Positions 52,484 to 63,182 of a stretch of 64,000 bases of DNA are shown here, in pieces. This DNA comes from Candidatus Magasanikiibacteriota bacterium (GTDB lineage Bacteria; Patescibacteriota; Patescibacteriia; Magasanikbacterales; UBA922), in NCBI GenBank assembly GCA_052034405.1, contig JBPOIO010000023.1, positions 15,340 through 79,339 of the forward strand, written 5' to 3'. A program made the position numbers and the translations under genes. How positions within the stretch are numbered: the stretch's first letter is position 1; the number at the start of each line of letters is the position of its first letter. A model generated the notes under the pieces. The model had not been told where the DNA came from and searched no databases. It worked only from the letters and a program-made list of their open reading frames with translations.

Positions 52484-53563
52484 TTATTGCTTTGGGGGTA
52501 CCGTAAAGCCGATATACAGTATATTATCTTGTTCTGGGTGAATCAAGAGGGCTGTAGGGATCTGGTCTGTTGGTAATTTCTTTGTAATCCAGTTTATACC
52601 ACCATCTATGGTTTTATACAAGACCGAGCGATTTTCGATAGTACCGGTATAATACATTTCTCGGTCGTTTTTTGGATTAATAGCAAAGGCATAAATTTTG
52701 ATCGTACCAGGGGCATTGAGGGTGTTCATAGCTTCCCAGGTATCTCCACGGTCAGATGAAGACAAAATACCATAGCTTGAAATCCAATATACCTGGCCTT
52801 CTTTGGTTGGACTGATTATAAATTTACGAAATTCCACAGCACCACTGAATTTTTTCAAAGCTTTGAGACTACTCGTCCATGTTTTTCCTCCGTCATCACT
52901 GCGATACAAACCAGCATCACTCGTAGCAACATACAAAACGCCTTCTTTGTAAGGATCTACATAAAAAGATAAAACTGAAGTTTTGAAACGTTTCAAAAGT
53001 TGTGTACTAATACCGGTATCGTTACTTACGAGCAAATCTCCTTTTGATTTCAAAATATACACGCGACCTGGTGAAAATGGATCAGTAGATACATTCACGA
53101 TACGGTCATTTGAGGGTTCACGATAAATTTCACTCCAACTTCGATTACAATCCGTACTTTCAAATAACTTTGTACCATCAGTAGCATACAAAATACATTT
53201 GTCTTTTGGATTGATAGCAATACTATAGATAAATCCACTGTTCAATGGCTCAGGAGAAAGCTGCCAAGTTTTACCAGAATCATAGGAATAGAACATTCCA
53301 TTTCCACGAGATCCCCAATACAGGGTATTTGGTGCTTGTGGGTCATTTAAAAGTTTGTATACACTCACTTTTGAAAGACTTGTCGCAGCTCCAGGACCTG
53401 GCAAAATAGAAATAGATTTCCATGTTTCGGCTTTGTCAGTCGAAACAAAAACTCCAGCCGGCCCAACACTCGTTGGAGTATCACTTGAAAATGGTGAACA
53501 TCCAGCTCCTAAAAGAAGGAGTCCTGCTACAGCAGCAAGCCCCCAAGAGAGGTTTTTCTTCAT
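52484..53563 (-). CDS. Lipoprotein with BNR/Asp-box beta-propeller repeats
   Basis: LLGAGC lipobox; repeated S.D.G.TW. Confidence 0.82.
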   Translation of the reverse strand: MKKNLSWGLAAVAGLLLLGAGCSPFSSDTPTSVGPAGVFVSTDKAETWKSISILPGPGAATSLSKVSVYKLLNDPQAPNTLYWGSRGNGMFYSYDSGKTWQLSPEPLNSGFIYSIAINPKDKCILYATDGTKLFESTDCNRSWSEIYREPSNDRIVNVSTDPFSPGRVYILKSKGDLLVSNDTGISTQLLKRFKTSVLSFYVDPYKEGVLYVATSDAGLYRSDDGGKTWTSSLKALKKFSGAVEFRKFIISPTKEGQVYWISSYGILSSSDRGDTWEAMNTLNAPGTIKIYAFAINPKNDREMYYTGTIENRSVLYKTIDGGINWITKKLPTDQIPTALLIHPEQDNILYIGFTVPPKQ

Positions 53564-53578
53564 AAAAAAAGTTAAATA

Positions 53579-54487
53579 TTATGGAATTGAAAGAAGTAAA
53601 TTTTCCATTACGAGTCTTGGATGAATATTTTGCCCAAGCCTTGCAATAGTTTCCTCTATAATATCATACAATGCCACAAGTGTACCAGAGGAACACTGGG
53701 GAAAGCTTTGTTCCGATCGTAGTAAAGTATCCAAAGAGGCTTCCCAAATCTGCAAAATATCTTTGAGTTCTTCACGTCCTTCAATATGTGCCTTTTTATC
53801 CCCAAAGAGTGGTTCAACTATAGCAAGTTTTTCAAAAAATGCTTTATGAAACAGTGAAAAAAATCTTTCAACTTCTTTTTTGTATATTTCAAAAGTTTCT
53901 GGATTTTCAATCCAAGTGAGCGCAAGTCCAGGCAATCCTCTTGAAGACTCCACTATTTCTGGCAGATTTTTTTCTTGAGGAAAAAGTCCCTGAAGTTCTG
54001 TCAGCAATTTTTCTTTTGGTACTGACAAAAGTTGTATTGTCTGCACACGAGAGCGAATTGTCGATACTATTTTTTCTTCGTTATTTGTCAACAAAAAAAA
54101 GAGAGTTGGAGTTGTTGGTTCTTCAAGTGTTTTGAGTAGTGAGTTTGCAGCATAGGCATTCATTTTTTCTGCATCTGGAATCAAAACAATGTTATATTTT
54201 CCAGCAATTGGTGAACGTGCTGCTTTACTCAAAACGAACTGGATATGCTCCACCATAATATCACGTTTCAACTTTCCATCTTCGTCAACCCGTTCTAGCT
54301 CCAAAAAATCTGGATGAATGGCAAGTTTTTCAAGTGCAATTTCAAAAATATTCGCAATAATTTGTTTTGCCAAAGTTGTTTTGCCAACATGTTCTGGTCC
54401 TACAAAAAGATAGGCATGGTGCATGCTCTTGTTTTTTTGCAATGTTTCAAAATAGCTCAGTTGTTTGCTGTGGCCAATAATTTGCAT
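53579..54487 (-). CDS. holB: DNA polymerase III delta' subunit
   Basis: HAYLF.GP..VGK, HPD, AANSLLKTLEEP, TIRSR. Confidence 0.88.
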   Translation of the reverse strand: MQIIGHSKQLSYFETLQKNKSMHHAYLFVGPEHVGKTTLAKQIIANIFEIALEKLAIHPDFLELERVDEDGKLKRDIMVEHIQFVLSKAARSPIAGKYNIVLIPDAEKMNAYAANSLLKTLEEPTTPTLFFLLTNNEEKIVSTIRSRVQTIQLLSVPKEKLLTELQGLFPQEKNLPEIVESSRGLPGLALTWIENPETFEIYKKEVERFFSLFHKAFFEKLAIVEPLFGDKKAHIEGREELKDILQIWEASLDTLLRSEQSFPQCSSGTLVALYDIIEETIARLGQNIHPRLVMENLLLSIP

Positions 54488-54491
54488 AAGT

Positions 54492-55607
54492 TTAGAATGA
54501 TAAAAGAATCTGCACTGTTTCACGAGCACACTTCTCCCAAGAAAAATCTTGTACACGAATACGACCTTTTTCAATAAGTTTTTGTCTCAAATCTGCGTTT
54601 GTACACAATGTTTGCATCGCGTCAGCAATGTCTTCAATATCTTGAGGTTCTACCAGTATGGCGGCATCCCCTGCTATTTCTTCGGTACTGGTATTTTTTG
54701 AAGTTATGAGCGGTACTCCTGCTGCAAATGCCTCGAGTACTGGAATTCCAAACCCTTCGTAAAGCGTCGGAAAGACAAAAACTTCAGCTGCTTGAAAAAT
54801 CGCAGAAATATCTGCTTGCTCAACATATCCTGGGTGAATAATATCTTTTGCAAATTTGCTTGTATGTATTGCTGCTTCAACTTTTTCTCCTCCATATCCA
54901 GGTTTTCCAATGAGGACAAGTTGCATTTCATCGTGATGATAAGACTGTCGAAGCCTTTCAAAAGCTCGAATAGTAGCAACATTATTTTTCTTTTCTTCAA
55001 GACGTCCAACAGAGAGTAAAAATGGTTTTTTGATCTTGTATTTTTTGAGTGTTTCTACAATTTCTGTTTCAGATTTTTGCTCTGTAAATTTTTGATCAAA
55101 TCCATGATTCACGAGCACAATATTTTTTTGATCGCTGTCTATCAAAGCTTTGAGTTCGTTCTTTGTAAAAATACTTGGGACAATCACACGCCACAATTTT
55201 TTTACTGCATATTTGGCACTCCACAAACTATACCAACGTTCAAAAAAATTATAACTTTTGGGAAATCGCAGTGCAGCTACATCGTGAACTGTCATCACAG
55301 TTTTGCGAGGGTGAATCAATGGAAAAACGTGAGCCGGCACAAACAATACGTCAGGAGCATGAAACAGCATCTCGTAACTCATACGAATTTGTGTCCAAAA
55401 TCTTCGTGGGGGCCAGCGCAATACTTTACTTGACCAATTTACCGGTAACTTCGCCAAATCCCCTTCCAATGGTTTTTCGGAATACAAAACAACATTCACA
55501 CTCTCAGGGACAATTTTTTTCATCTCTTCAATCAAAAAAAAGGCGTACCATTCAACGCCTGTTTTTTGTGCATTATTTGCTCGTGATGCATCAATACCTA
55601 TTATCAT
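54492..55607 (-). CDS. GT4 glycosyltransferase
   Basis: TVHD, VGRLE.KKN, FP..YEGFG.PVLEA. Confidence 0.9.
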   Translation of the reverse strand: MIIGIDASRANNAQKTGVEWYAFFLIEEMKKIVPESVNVVLYSEKPLEGDLAKLPVNWSSKVLRWPPRRFWTQIRMSYEMLFHAPDVLFVPAHVFPLIHPRKTVMTVHDVAALRFPKSYNFFERWYSLWSAKYAVKKLWRVIVPSIFTKNELKALIDSDQKNIVLVNHGFDQKFTEQKSETEIVETLKKYKIKKPFLLSVGRLEEKKNNVATIRAFERLRQSYHHDEMQLVLIGKPGYGGEKVEAAIHTSKFAKDIIHPGYVEQADISAIFQAAEVFVFPTLYEGFGIPVLEAFAAGVPLITSKNTSTEEIAGDAAILVEPQDIEDIADAMQTLCTNADLRQKLIEKGRIRVQDFSWEKCARETVQILLSF

Positions 55608-55610
55608 AGC

Positions 55611-56618
55611 TTACTTCGTAGCCAAAATACTGCGTTTATATGTTTCCAAATTTTCAAGCGCAATACCAGTCCCCTTTGCCACACAAAGCAGTGGTTCATC
55701 CGCAACATAACAGGCAACACCAGTCGCTTCCGAAATAAGCGCGTCGAGGTTGCGAAGCATGCTCGATCCCCCTGCCATCATAATTCCTTTGTCCATCACA
55801 TCTGCAGAGAGTTCTGGTGGCGTCTCATGTAATACTTCTTTGACCGCTTCAATAAGCCCCTGCAAATCATGCTGCAAAGCTTCGGTGGTATCATTACTCG
55901 TCACCGTAATCGTACGAGGAAGTCCTGTCACATTATCACGCCCTTTTACTTCCATGGTAAGTGGTGTATCCATGTACATTGCTGAACCAACTTTAATTTT
56001 TACCTCTTCCGATGATCGATCACCAATCGCCATACCATACTTACGACGAATAAATTCAGCGATAGAAGCGTCAAATCGTGTTCCTCCGATACGCACTGAA
56101 CCACAAGATACAATTCCACCGAGCGAAATCACAGCAATTTCTGCAGTTCCTCCACCAATATCCACAATCATATGACCCGATGGACTCCCAATTGGGATAT
56201 CTGCTCCAATAGCAGATACAATCGGTTCTTTGATAATATACGCAGCTCGCGCTCCTGCTGCCATAGCAGCATCAATTACCGCACGTCTTTCGGTTGAAGT
56301 AATACCAGCTGGTACCGCAATCATTACCTCTGGACGAAAAATACGCACCCCACCAAGGGCTTTGTTGATAAAATAACGCAGCATGGCTTCTGTTGTACGA
56401 TAATTGGCAATCACACCATCTTTGAGTGGACGCTCAGCCACAATAGTGTCTGGAGTACGCCCAATCATTTCTTTTGCTTCAATTCCAACTGCCAATACTT
56501 TTTTTTCTAATTTTGAAACTGCTACAACAGATGGTTCGTTAATTACAATACCACGCTTTGGTACATACACCAGCACATTTGTTGTCCCAAGATCAATTGC
56601 AACTTTTTTTACCCACAT
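55611..56618 (-). CDS. mreB: MreB/Mbl actin homolog (copy 2)
   Basis: IDLGT, EPSVVA, PLKDGVIA, VDIGGGT, TPPELSAD. Confidence 0.93.
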   Translation of the reverse strand: MWVKKVAIDLGTTNVLVYVPKRGIVINEPSVVAVSKLEKKVLAVGIEAKEMIGRTPDTIVAERPLKDGVIANYRTTEAMLRYFINKALGGVRIFRPEVMIAVPAGITSTERRAVIDAAMAAGARAAYIIKEPIVSAIGADIPIGSPSGHMIVDIGGGTAEIAVISLGGIVSCGSVRIGGTRFDASIAEFIRRKYGMAIGDRSSEEVKIKVGSAMYMDTPLTMEVKGRDNVTGLPRTITVTSNDTTEALQHDLQGLIEAVKEVLHETPPELSADVMDKGIMMAGGSSMLRNLDALISEATGVACYVADEPLLCVAKGTGIALENLETYKRSILATK

Positions 56619-56630
56619 AATAATTTATTT

Positions 56631-58130
56631 TTATAAACCAACGTCAAAAGTTCTATCCACTTTCAAATTTGTTTTTAATGTATAGAAAGTATTGCCCCAA
56701 TCTTTTTTCTCTTCTGCAGGAACAGCAGACTGTATATTTTTAGCAAAATTCAAGTTCAAGGTCAATGCGGTATCAACAATTCCAAGTTCTTTTTGAACCA
56801 AAAGTGAATATTTTTTTGCTTTTATCTGATCGCTCACAGAATTTGGCAAAATATAGCTAAATTCCAAAGTTCCAACCTTTCCAGGTTCAATAGCGATAAA
56901 GGTCCCAAACCAATGGTGCGCCAATTCTTCGCCTTCGTCAACTACCCCAGGAAGTGGACTACGATCTGTCTTCATCGCACCTTTGACATCAAGCAGCTTA
57001 GCACCACTAGGTACATAGACCCGAGCATAGGTTCTATAACGACTCGTACGCCAATCAAATTTTCCTGTATGAGTGTAGGTCATTTTGGCATGTGCCACAA
57101 AATCATTTCCACGAGGCTCAATACTATATTCCAAATTTCGTACTATGGCATGATCGGTTTTGAGTGCTGCCAAATTGGCATCAACCCACAGAAGATAATC
57201 ACTTGCTGGAGCTTTGACTCTACCTGTCCAACCAAGGTTATTGATCACACGTTCAAGTTCTGCATCTTTTGAATAAAAAATAATATGTTTTTCATTTCCA
57301 AGATCACGAAGCAAACTACTATAATCTCCAAAATGTAAAAAGGCATCTGTTTTGAGATGCGACAAAAGCGCATCCATAAATGTTTTTATAATTCCTTTTC
57401 GATTTTCAAAATCACGACCACTTTTTTCCCAATCATATTCTACGGTATATTCCAATTTTTCTATTACATTCTCTGAGGTAAACAAATCTCCCTCAACAGT
57501 AAAAGGTCCTGTGATTTTCATAAGCCTCTCGAGTACTGTCGGAGTAAACGCAACCACGGTATCAATTTCATCGGCGGCAATACCATTTTCACCTTTATAC
57601 AGTTCCAAGGCTTTTTGTGCAGAAACTGCAAAATCTGGTGACCAATTGGAATCACGAAAATACCAACGATCAACGCCAAGATGATCTGTCAAAACCTGTG
57701 GCGCTGTTGGTTTCCAAGAAGCTGGCGTCTGGTGATCCAAAACTTCTGTTCCTTCAATTTTGAGTACATGTATTTTTCCTTGATCCACCCGAATTGCAGC
57801 ATAGAGTCCCAAAAATCCACCTCCGGGACGCATTTCTGTATTATTTTGAAACAAAAATAAATAAGTTCGAGGTTTGGTAAAACCCAAAAATTGAGGAAGT
57901 AGTGCAGAAAAATCACCACTTGGATCACCTACCAAAGTATTTACTTTGTTTTGTACTACAGCACTTGTCAAAAGCTGTTCTGGAGAAATATTTTTTATCT
58001 TGTAATAAGCATAGGCAGAGGCACTTCCAACGAGTGCTGCAATAATACAAACGAAGATAAATCCTTTAAAGCCTTTGAACATATTTTTTCTTTTAAATAA
58101 TGATAAATATTTCTCTTTTATTTGCCTCAT
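56631..58130 (-). CDS. DUF4012-domain membrane-anchored protein
   Basis: YL.LFQN..E.RP.GGF.G, RD.NW.PDF, Y.RVYVP.G. Confidence 0.8.
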   Translation of the reverse strand: MRQIKEKYLSLFKRKNMFKGFKGFIFVCIIAALVGSASAYAYYKIKNISPEQLLTSAVVQNKVNTLVGDPSGDFSALLPQFLGFTKPRTYLFLFQNNTEMRPGGGFLGLYAAIRVDQGKIHVLKIEGTEVLDHQTPASWKPTAPQVLTDHLGVDRWYFRDSNWSPDFAVSAQKALELYKGENGIAADEIDTVVAFTPTVLERLMKITGPFTVEGDLFTSENVIEKLEYTVEYDWEKSGRDFENRKGIIKTFMDALLSHLKTDAFLHFGDYSSLLRDLGNEKHIIFYSKDAELERVINNLGWTGRVKAPASDYLLWVDANLAALKTDHAIVRNLEYSIEPRGNDFVAHAKMTYTHTGKFDWRTSRYRTYARVYVPSGAKLLDVKGAMKTDRSPLPGVVDEGEELAHHWFGTFIAIEPGKVGTLEFSYILPNSVSDQIKAKKYSLLVQKELGIVDTALTLNLNFAKNIQSAVPAEEKKDWGNTFYTLKTNLKVDRTFDVGL

Positions 58131-58225
58131 ACATTTTTACTTGTCCATGACTGTGGTCAATACAAGTAAAAATGTATCTCGGCTCCATAAAATGAAATAT
58201 TTATCTGTGTCTCAAAAGTAAAAAA

Positions 58226-59725
58226 CTACAACGATTTTCTCTTTTTTTGAGAAACATTAAATCCCAAATATTTTCCAAACATCAAATGGGTAATCGAATC
58301 AATTGCGGGAATAGCCCCCACCAAAATCAAAGTAACAGGAAGCAGCGCCCACTGCAAAATCATGGAAATATAAGCATGTTTTGAAAAACTCTGTGGTCTT
58401 TTTGGAAGAAGCAAAAAACTCAGTGTAGCTGAAACAAATAAACCAATGAGCGCAATACGCATCAAAATTTGTAAGATATGTGGCGTATTGAAATACAGAG
58501 CACTCTCACGCACCCAGTCTGGAGCAAACCAAATTGGAAAACGTCCAAGTACCGTAATCAAAATAGCCACAACAGCCCAAGACCACTTCCCTTCCCACTG
58601 TGAAAACATCCATTTTGCTTTTGTAGCAAATGGCATATCTTTTCCTTTGCCATTTTTTCCAAATTCCCAAAGCAAATAAGGAATATGTTCTGTACCCCAA
58701 GCCCAACGTCTCTTTTGCTTGTACAAATTTACAATACTTTTCCACCAAGAATCATCACGCACCGTATCCATAGAAACAGGAATATACATTGGTGTTACCT
58801 CGTAGTCTCCATTATAGCGCAAAAGACATTGAAAAAAAATACGTGAATCTTCACTGACAATACGTTTGTCATGATATCCTGCATCAAATAAGGCTTGAAA
58901 ACTCATGGAATGTGAAGAAAAAGTCACCAGCGTATCTTGACGAGACAGTGCATTGAGCATCCAAAAAGTTGTACCAAATGCCATAATACGAAGTACCATT
59001 GGCGATTCCCAAATATTATTGTTATAGAGCACCACTGGTTGAAATGAACTGTGTGTTGGGTTTGGATGCGTACAATACAAATAGGTCAAATAACTAAAAT
59101 ATTCTTTATGACAAATCGTATCAATATCAAAAACCGTTACAATCACATCCGCATAGTCAAGACCTTTTTTATCAATATAACTTTTCATTTGTGCTTCGGC
59201 ATAATTCAAATTGGAACCTTTTCCAGGAATTTCATCGGGTAAATCCTTTGGGTGCAAAATTCCCACAATATCACCAAAACAAGTTCCAAATTTTTCTTGT
59301 GCATTTTTCAAAACTTCTTCATAGCGTTCTTTTGCTCGTTCTTCTCCAGCAATTACAATAGTAAATTTACTTTTATCATAAATAGAATCACAAACACTTT
59401 GCATTGCTGTTTCTACCACTTCCCAATCTTCTTTGTACAATGTCAAAAATATAACATGATGTTTGCTTTCCCAGCCCTTTGCTTCTTCAAATAAAACTTG
59501 TTTCCAATGTACTTGACTCACTTTACGAAAACGCATCCATGCAAGTATCAGATAAAAAGAAAAATAAATAACTTTGGTAAGCCAATAAATATCAAAAACA
59601 ATAACAAAATAAATCATCGCAAGTGGATGAGTAAAAGACAAAACAGCCGCACCGATCAAAGTGAGCCAAACCGTAATACCCGGCAACATTTCAAAAAAAC
59701 GATACTTGTGATAATTACTCAGCAT
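58226..59725 (-). CDS. Membrane GT2-family glycosyltransferase
   Basis: GKGSN, D.D, SED, Q.RRWAWG (QxxRW), flanking TMs. Confidence 0.85.
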   Translation of the reverse strand: MLSNYHKYRFFEMLPGITVWLTLIGAAVLSFTHPLAMIYFVIVFDIYWLTKVIYFSFYLILAWMRFRKVSQVHWKQVLFEEAKGWESKHHVIFLTLYKEDWEVVETAMQSVCDSIYDKSKFTIVIAGEERAKERYEEVLKNAQEKFGTCFGDIVGILHPKDLPDEIPGKGSNLNYAEAQMKSYIDKKGLDYADVIVTVFDIDTICHKEYFSYLTYLYCTHPNPTHSSFQPVVLYNNNIWESPMVLRIMAFGTTFWMLNALSRQDTLVTFSSHSMSFQALFDAGYHDKRIVSEDSRIFFQCLLRYNGDYEVTPMYIPVSMDTVRDDSWWKSIVNLYKQKRRWAWGTEHIPYLLWEFGKNGKGKDMPFATKAKWMFSQWEGKWSWAVVAILITVLGRFPIWFAPDWVRESALYFNTPHILQILMRIALIGLFVSATLSFLLLPKRPQSFSKHAYISMILQWALLPVTLILVGAIPAIDSITHLMFGKYLGFNVSQKKRKSL

Positions 59726-59728
59726 AAC

Positions 59729-60406
59729 TTAAACAGCATTTAGAACAATAACAAACTCCCCTTTTTCCGACATATTTATTTTTGCAATATCCGAAATTTT
59801 TCCACGATAGACCGTCTCAAACTTTTTTGTGAGTTCACGAACAATCATCACTTTTCGCTCCGCTGCTACAAATTCTGAGAGACTCGCAATAGCTTTTTTG
59901 ATGCGATGATTGGATTCAAAAAATACTACCGTATATTCTGAATCTGCCACGATCTTAAAAAATTGTTGACGTTTATTTTTATGTGGAGGAAAACCAAGAA
60001 ACAAAACCTTGTCTGTTGGAAATCCAGAAATACTCAGAGCCGCAGTCAATGCTGACACTCCTGGAATTGGTACCACTTCAATGACAGAATTTGTATCGCT
60101 TGACGTCAAAAACTCTATGAGGATATTTCCTGGGTCACTAATACCCGGAGTCCCAGCATCACTCACAAGAGCAATATCTTTACCATCTTCAAGCATCTCT
60201 CGAATTTCCATCATTTTACTCATATCACTATGATGATGATAACTCATGGTTGGAGTCTTGATTTCAAAATGATTGAGCAAGTTTATTGTCACACGTGTAT
60301 CTTCACACAAAATACAATCAACGCTCCTGAGGGTTTCAAGAGCGCGAAAAGTCATATCTGACAAATTCCCAATCGGCGTAGCGACAATAAAAAGTTTTCC
60401 TGGCAT
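59729..60406 (-). CDS. rsmI: 16S rRNA C1402 2'-O-methyltransferase
   Basis: VATPIGNL.D.T.RA, CEDTR, SDAGTP.ISDPG, RELTK. Confidence 0.96.
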   Translation of the reverse strand: MPGKLFIVATPIGNLSDMTFRALETLRSVDCILCEDTRVTINLLNHFEIKTPTMSYHHHSDMSKMMEIREMLEDGKDIALVSDAGTPGISDPGNILIEFLTSSDTNSVIEVVPIPGVSALTAALSISGFPTDKVLFLGFPPHKNKRQQFFKIVADSEYTVVFFESNHRIKKAIASLSEFVAAERKVMIVRELTKKFETVYRGKISDIAKINMSEKGEFVIVLNAV

Positions 60407-60414
60407 AGATACTT

Positions 60415-60771
60415 TTATTTTTTTTGGTTAAGAGATCTTTCAAAGGCATCAACATCGCCCCCCAATTCAGTGTCATCCTCCCAAAAACCATGACCTATAG
60501 GAGCTTCATCAATAGTACGATGCTTTTTATATTTGGGATCTTTAGGATTCCCGATAACACGAGCAGTTGGATGTACAATTTCTGCAGGAGGATGGGATTC
60601 TGAAACTGGTTTTATTTCAACTCCAGTAGCATCCAAATCTTCAAGTGTTTCTAAAACAGCATGGAGACCCATTCCTTCTCCTCGAGCACCTGATTTTGAA
60701 GCATCTTCCTCTGCTTGAGTAGCTTCCTTTATCCAACTCTTTGGTTCTCCTTCTAGTTTTTTCTCACTCAT
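60415..60771 (-). CDS. Hypothetical acidic, low-complexity protein
   Basis: 118-aa ORF co-oriented with and abutting rsmI. Confidence 0.6.
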   Translation of the reverse strand: MSEKKLEGEPKSWIKEATQAEEDASKSGARGEGMGLHAVLETLEDLDATGVEIKPVSESHPPAEIVHPTARVIGNPKDPKYKKHRTIDEAPIGHGFWEDDTELGGDVDAFERSLNQKK

Positions 60772-60869
60772 ATAAATATGTTTAAAATTTCCTCTATCCT
60801 ACCAATAAATATCAAAAAAAGCAACTCTCAACTTTTGAGATATTCAAAAATATGTTATACTTGAAATAT

Positions 60870-63173
60870 ATGAAAAAAGGCATCCAAATACCTCTTATTT
60901 TCGTTCTACTTCTTGGTAATATACTTCCACAAAGTGTTTTGGCATCTGATTTTAACCCCAACTACCTCATCAGTGATGAGCAAATGCAAGACTATACAAG
61001 CATGACCAAGAGCGATATTGATCTCTTCCTTGACCAAAAAGGAAGCTATTTGCATACCTACAAAACAACAGACAAAAATGGAGAAAAAAAGAAAGCCGCT
61101 GATATTATTTATCAAGCTGCCCACGAATACAAAATCAATCCAAAATATCTTCTCGTAAAACTCCAAAAAGAACAAAGTCTCATTAGTGACCAAAATCCAA
61201 GCGAAAAACAACTCAACTGGGCAACAGGCTACGGTGTTTGCGATGCCTGTTCTATGGACGATCCAAAAATTCAAAAATGGAAAGGTTTTGGCAACCAAAT
61301 AGATAGTGCGGCAGGAATCATACGTTGGTACTACGACCACGAAGATGAACAAAATTGGATAAAGACCGCAAACAATACCTATACCATAGATGGACAAAAC
61401 GTTACTCCCACCAACAATGCCACTGCATTTCTCTATACCTACACCCCACATATCCAAGGAAACCAAAATTTTTGGAATCTTTGGCAAAAATGGTTTCAAG
61501 GTGGATACCCAGATGGAACCCTTTTTCGTTCTGCCCAAGATCCAACCATATACCTTCTTCAAAATGGAAAAAAACGTGCATTCAAAAGCATGACTTCTCT
61601 GGTGACACGTTATGATCCAAAACGTATTCTTACGGTTCCCGAAGCTGAAATCAATCGCTACCCTCTTGGGACAGCTATCAACTTCCCAAATTTTTCTCTT
61701 CTCAAACTAGATTCCAAATATTATTTACTCGACGACGATACCCTGAGACCCTTTGATTCAGAAAAAACCGTTCAAAAAATTGGATACAATCCAGACGAAA
61801 CTATTGATATCGAAGCAAGTGATATTGAAGGCATGCCTATTGGTGAAACCATTACAGTCAAAAATTCCGACAACCCACTCGGAGAAGTTGTTTATATAAA
61901 AGAAACTCAAGGTTGGTATTTTATAAAAAACGGAATTTCACATGCTATTATTGATCCACAACTGAGCAAAATTGCATTTCCTGGAATCAAAACCAGAAAT
62001 GCCCTTCTGGCAGATCTCCAAGATGCTACAGCTGGTGACCCTATCAAATTCCCAGATGGAACCCTTCTCAAAACTCCAACCAGTCCAAAAATTTATGTTG
62101 TAGAGCACGGCAAAAAACGCCATATTAGCGATGAAAAAATGTTTTTGGCTCTTGGCTACCAATGGAGTAACGTCATCACCACAAACGAACTCATGAGTTC
62201 ACTCTACCCTATTGGACCAGCACTTTCTCTTCCAGATTCTATTGCCAGTACCCTTGATGGTCCAAGTAGTCCAGGAGAAAATCCAAGTACTTCAAATAAT
62301 ACACAAAAAACTTTTGATACTGTAAAAAAAGGCAGTGATGGACTCCCTATTTTTGTAGATACTGGAAGTATGTATTCTATAAATCCAAGTAGTACGACGT
62401 ACGTTGGAAAACAATTTGATACAAATGTAAATACCTATCTTGTTGCAGATGCAAGTACTGGAAAAATTTTGGCTGGAAAAAATATTGATGTGGTTCGCCC
62501 CCTTGCATCATTCACCAAAGTCATGACTGCGAATCTTTTGATGAAAAAAAATATTTCACTTTCCAAATCAGTAACATTCAACAAAGCAGAACACCAGGGT
62601 CTTTATGGTTCATTTCGCCTCGTTGACGGAGAAAAAGTTCGCAATGCAGATATTCTCTCCACCATGCTCGTATCTTCAAATAATACTGCCACACGCATGA
62701 TTGTGGATGGTATAGAAAAAAACGAAGCCACATTTACCAAAGACATGAATGCTCTTGCCAAACTCTGGAATCTCAAATCAACAAAATTTTCCGAACCAAG
62801 TGGAGCAGATCTTGGTAATATTTCAACAGCACGAGATTATCTCAAAATTTTTACTGAAGCAACAAAAAACAAAACACTCCTTGATTTCCTTGGAGCAAAA
62901 AGCTACAAATATGACGAGGTTCTTGACAAAGACAACAACCCAAACCACTTTGATAGCAATAGTAATGAACTGATGAAACGAAATGACCTCTCTTTTACAA
63001 TACTTGCCAGTAAAACCGGATATCTGATAGAATCAGGCGCAGGCCTTGCTATGCGAATAGAACGCAAAAGTGATAAAAAACAATTTATTATCATTACTAT
63101 GGGCAACCCAGACTATGACCGCAGATTTCTTGCCCCAGAAAAATTGAGCGAATGGACTTTGAAAAACTTTTAA
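60870..63173 (+). CDS. Secreted multidomain cell-wall enzyme: putative lysozyme-like N-domain, repeats and C-terminal peptidase S11 (DD-carboxy/endopeptidase)
   Basis: Signal peptide; INP..LL..LQKEQSL..; SFTK (SxxK), SNN (SxN), KTG. Confidence 0.8.
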   Translation: MKKGIQIPLIFVLLLGNILPQSVLASDFNPNYLISDEQMQDYTSMTKSDIDLFLDQKGSYLHTYKTTDKNGEKKKAADIIYQAAHEYKINPKYLLVKLQKEQSLISDQNPSEKQLNWATGYGVCDACSMDDPKIQKWKGFGNQIDSAAGIIRWYYDHEDEQNWIKTANNTYTIDGQNVTPTNNATAFLYTYTPHIQGNQNFWNLWQKWFQGGYPDGTLFRSAQDPTIYLLQNGKKRAFKSMTSLVTRYDPKRILTVPEAEINRYPLGTAINFPNFSLLKLDSKYYLLDDDTLRPFDSEKTVQKIGYNPDETIDIEASDIEGMPIGETITVKNSDNPLGEVVYIKETQGWYFIKNGISHAIIDPQLSKIAFPGIKTRNALLADLQDATAGDPIKFPDGTLLKTPTSPKIYVVEHGKKRHISDEKMFLALGYQWSNVITTNELMSSLYPIGPALSLPDSIASTLDGPSSPGENPSTSNNTQKTFDTVKKGSDGLPIFVDTGSMYSINPSSTTYVGKQFDTNVNTYLVADASTGKILAGKNIDVVRPLASFTKVMTANLLMKKNISLSKSVTFNKAEHQGLYGSFRLVDGEKVRNADILSTMLVSSNNTATRMIVDGIEKNEATFTKDMNALAKLWNLKSTKFSEPSGADLGNISTARDYLKIFTEATKNKTLLDFLGAKSYKYDEVLDKDNNPNHFDSNSNELMKRNDLSFTILASKTGYLIESGAGLAMRIERKSDKKQFIIITMGNPDYDRRFLAPEKLSEWTLKNF

Positions 63174-63182
63174 TTTTCTGCT

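Noticed and set aside
55611-56618. Second mreB as a novelty
   Set aside because: Multiple MreB paralogs are common in monoderm bacteria and CPR
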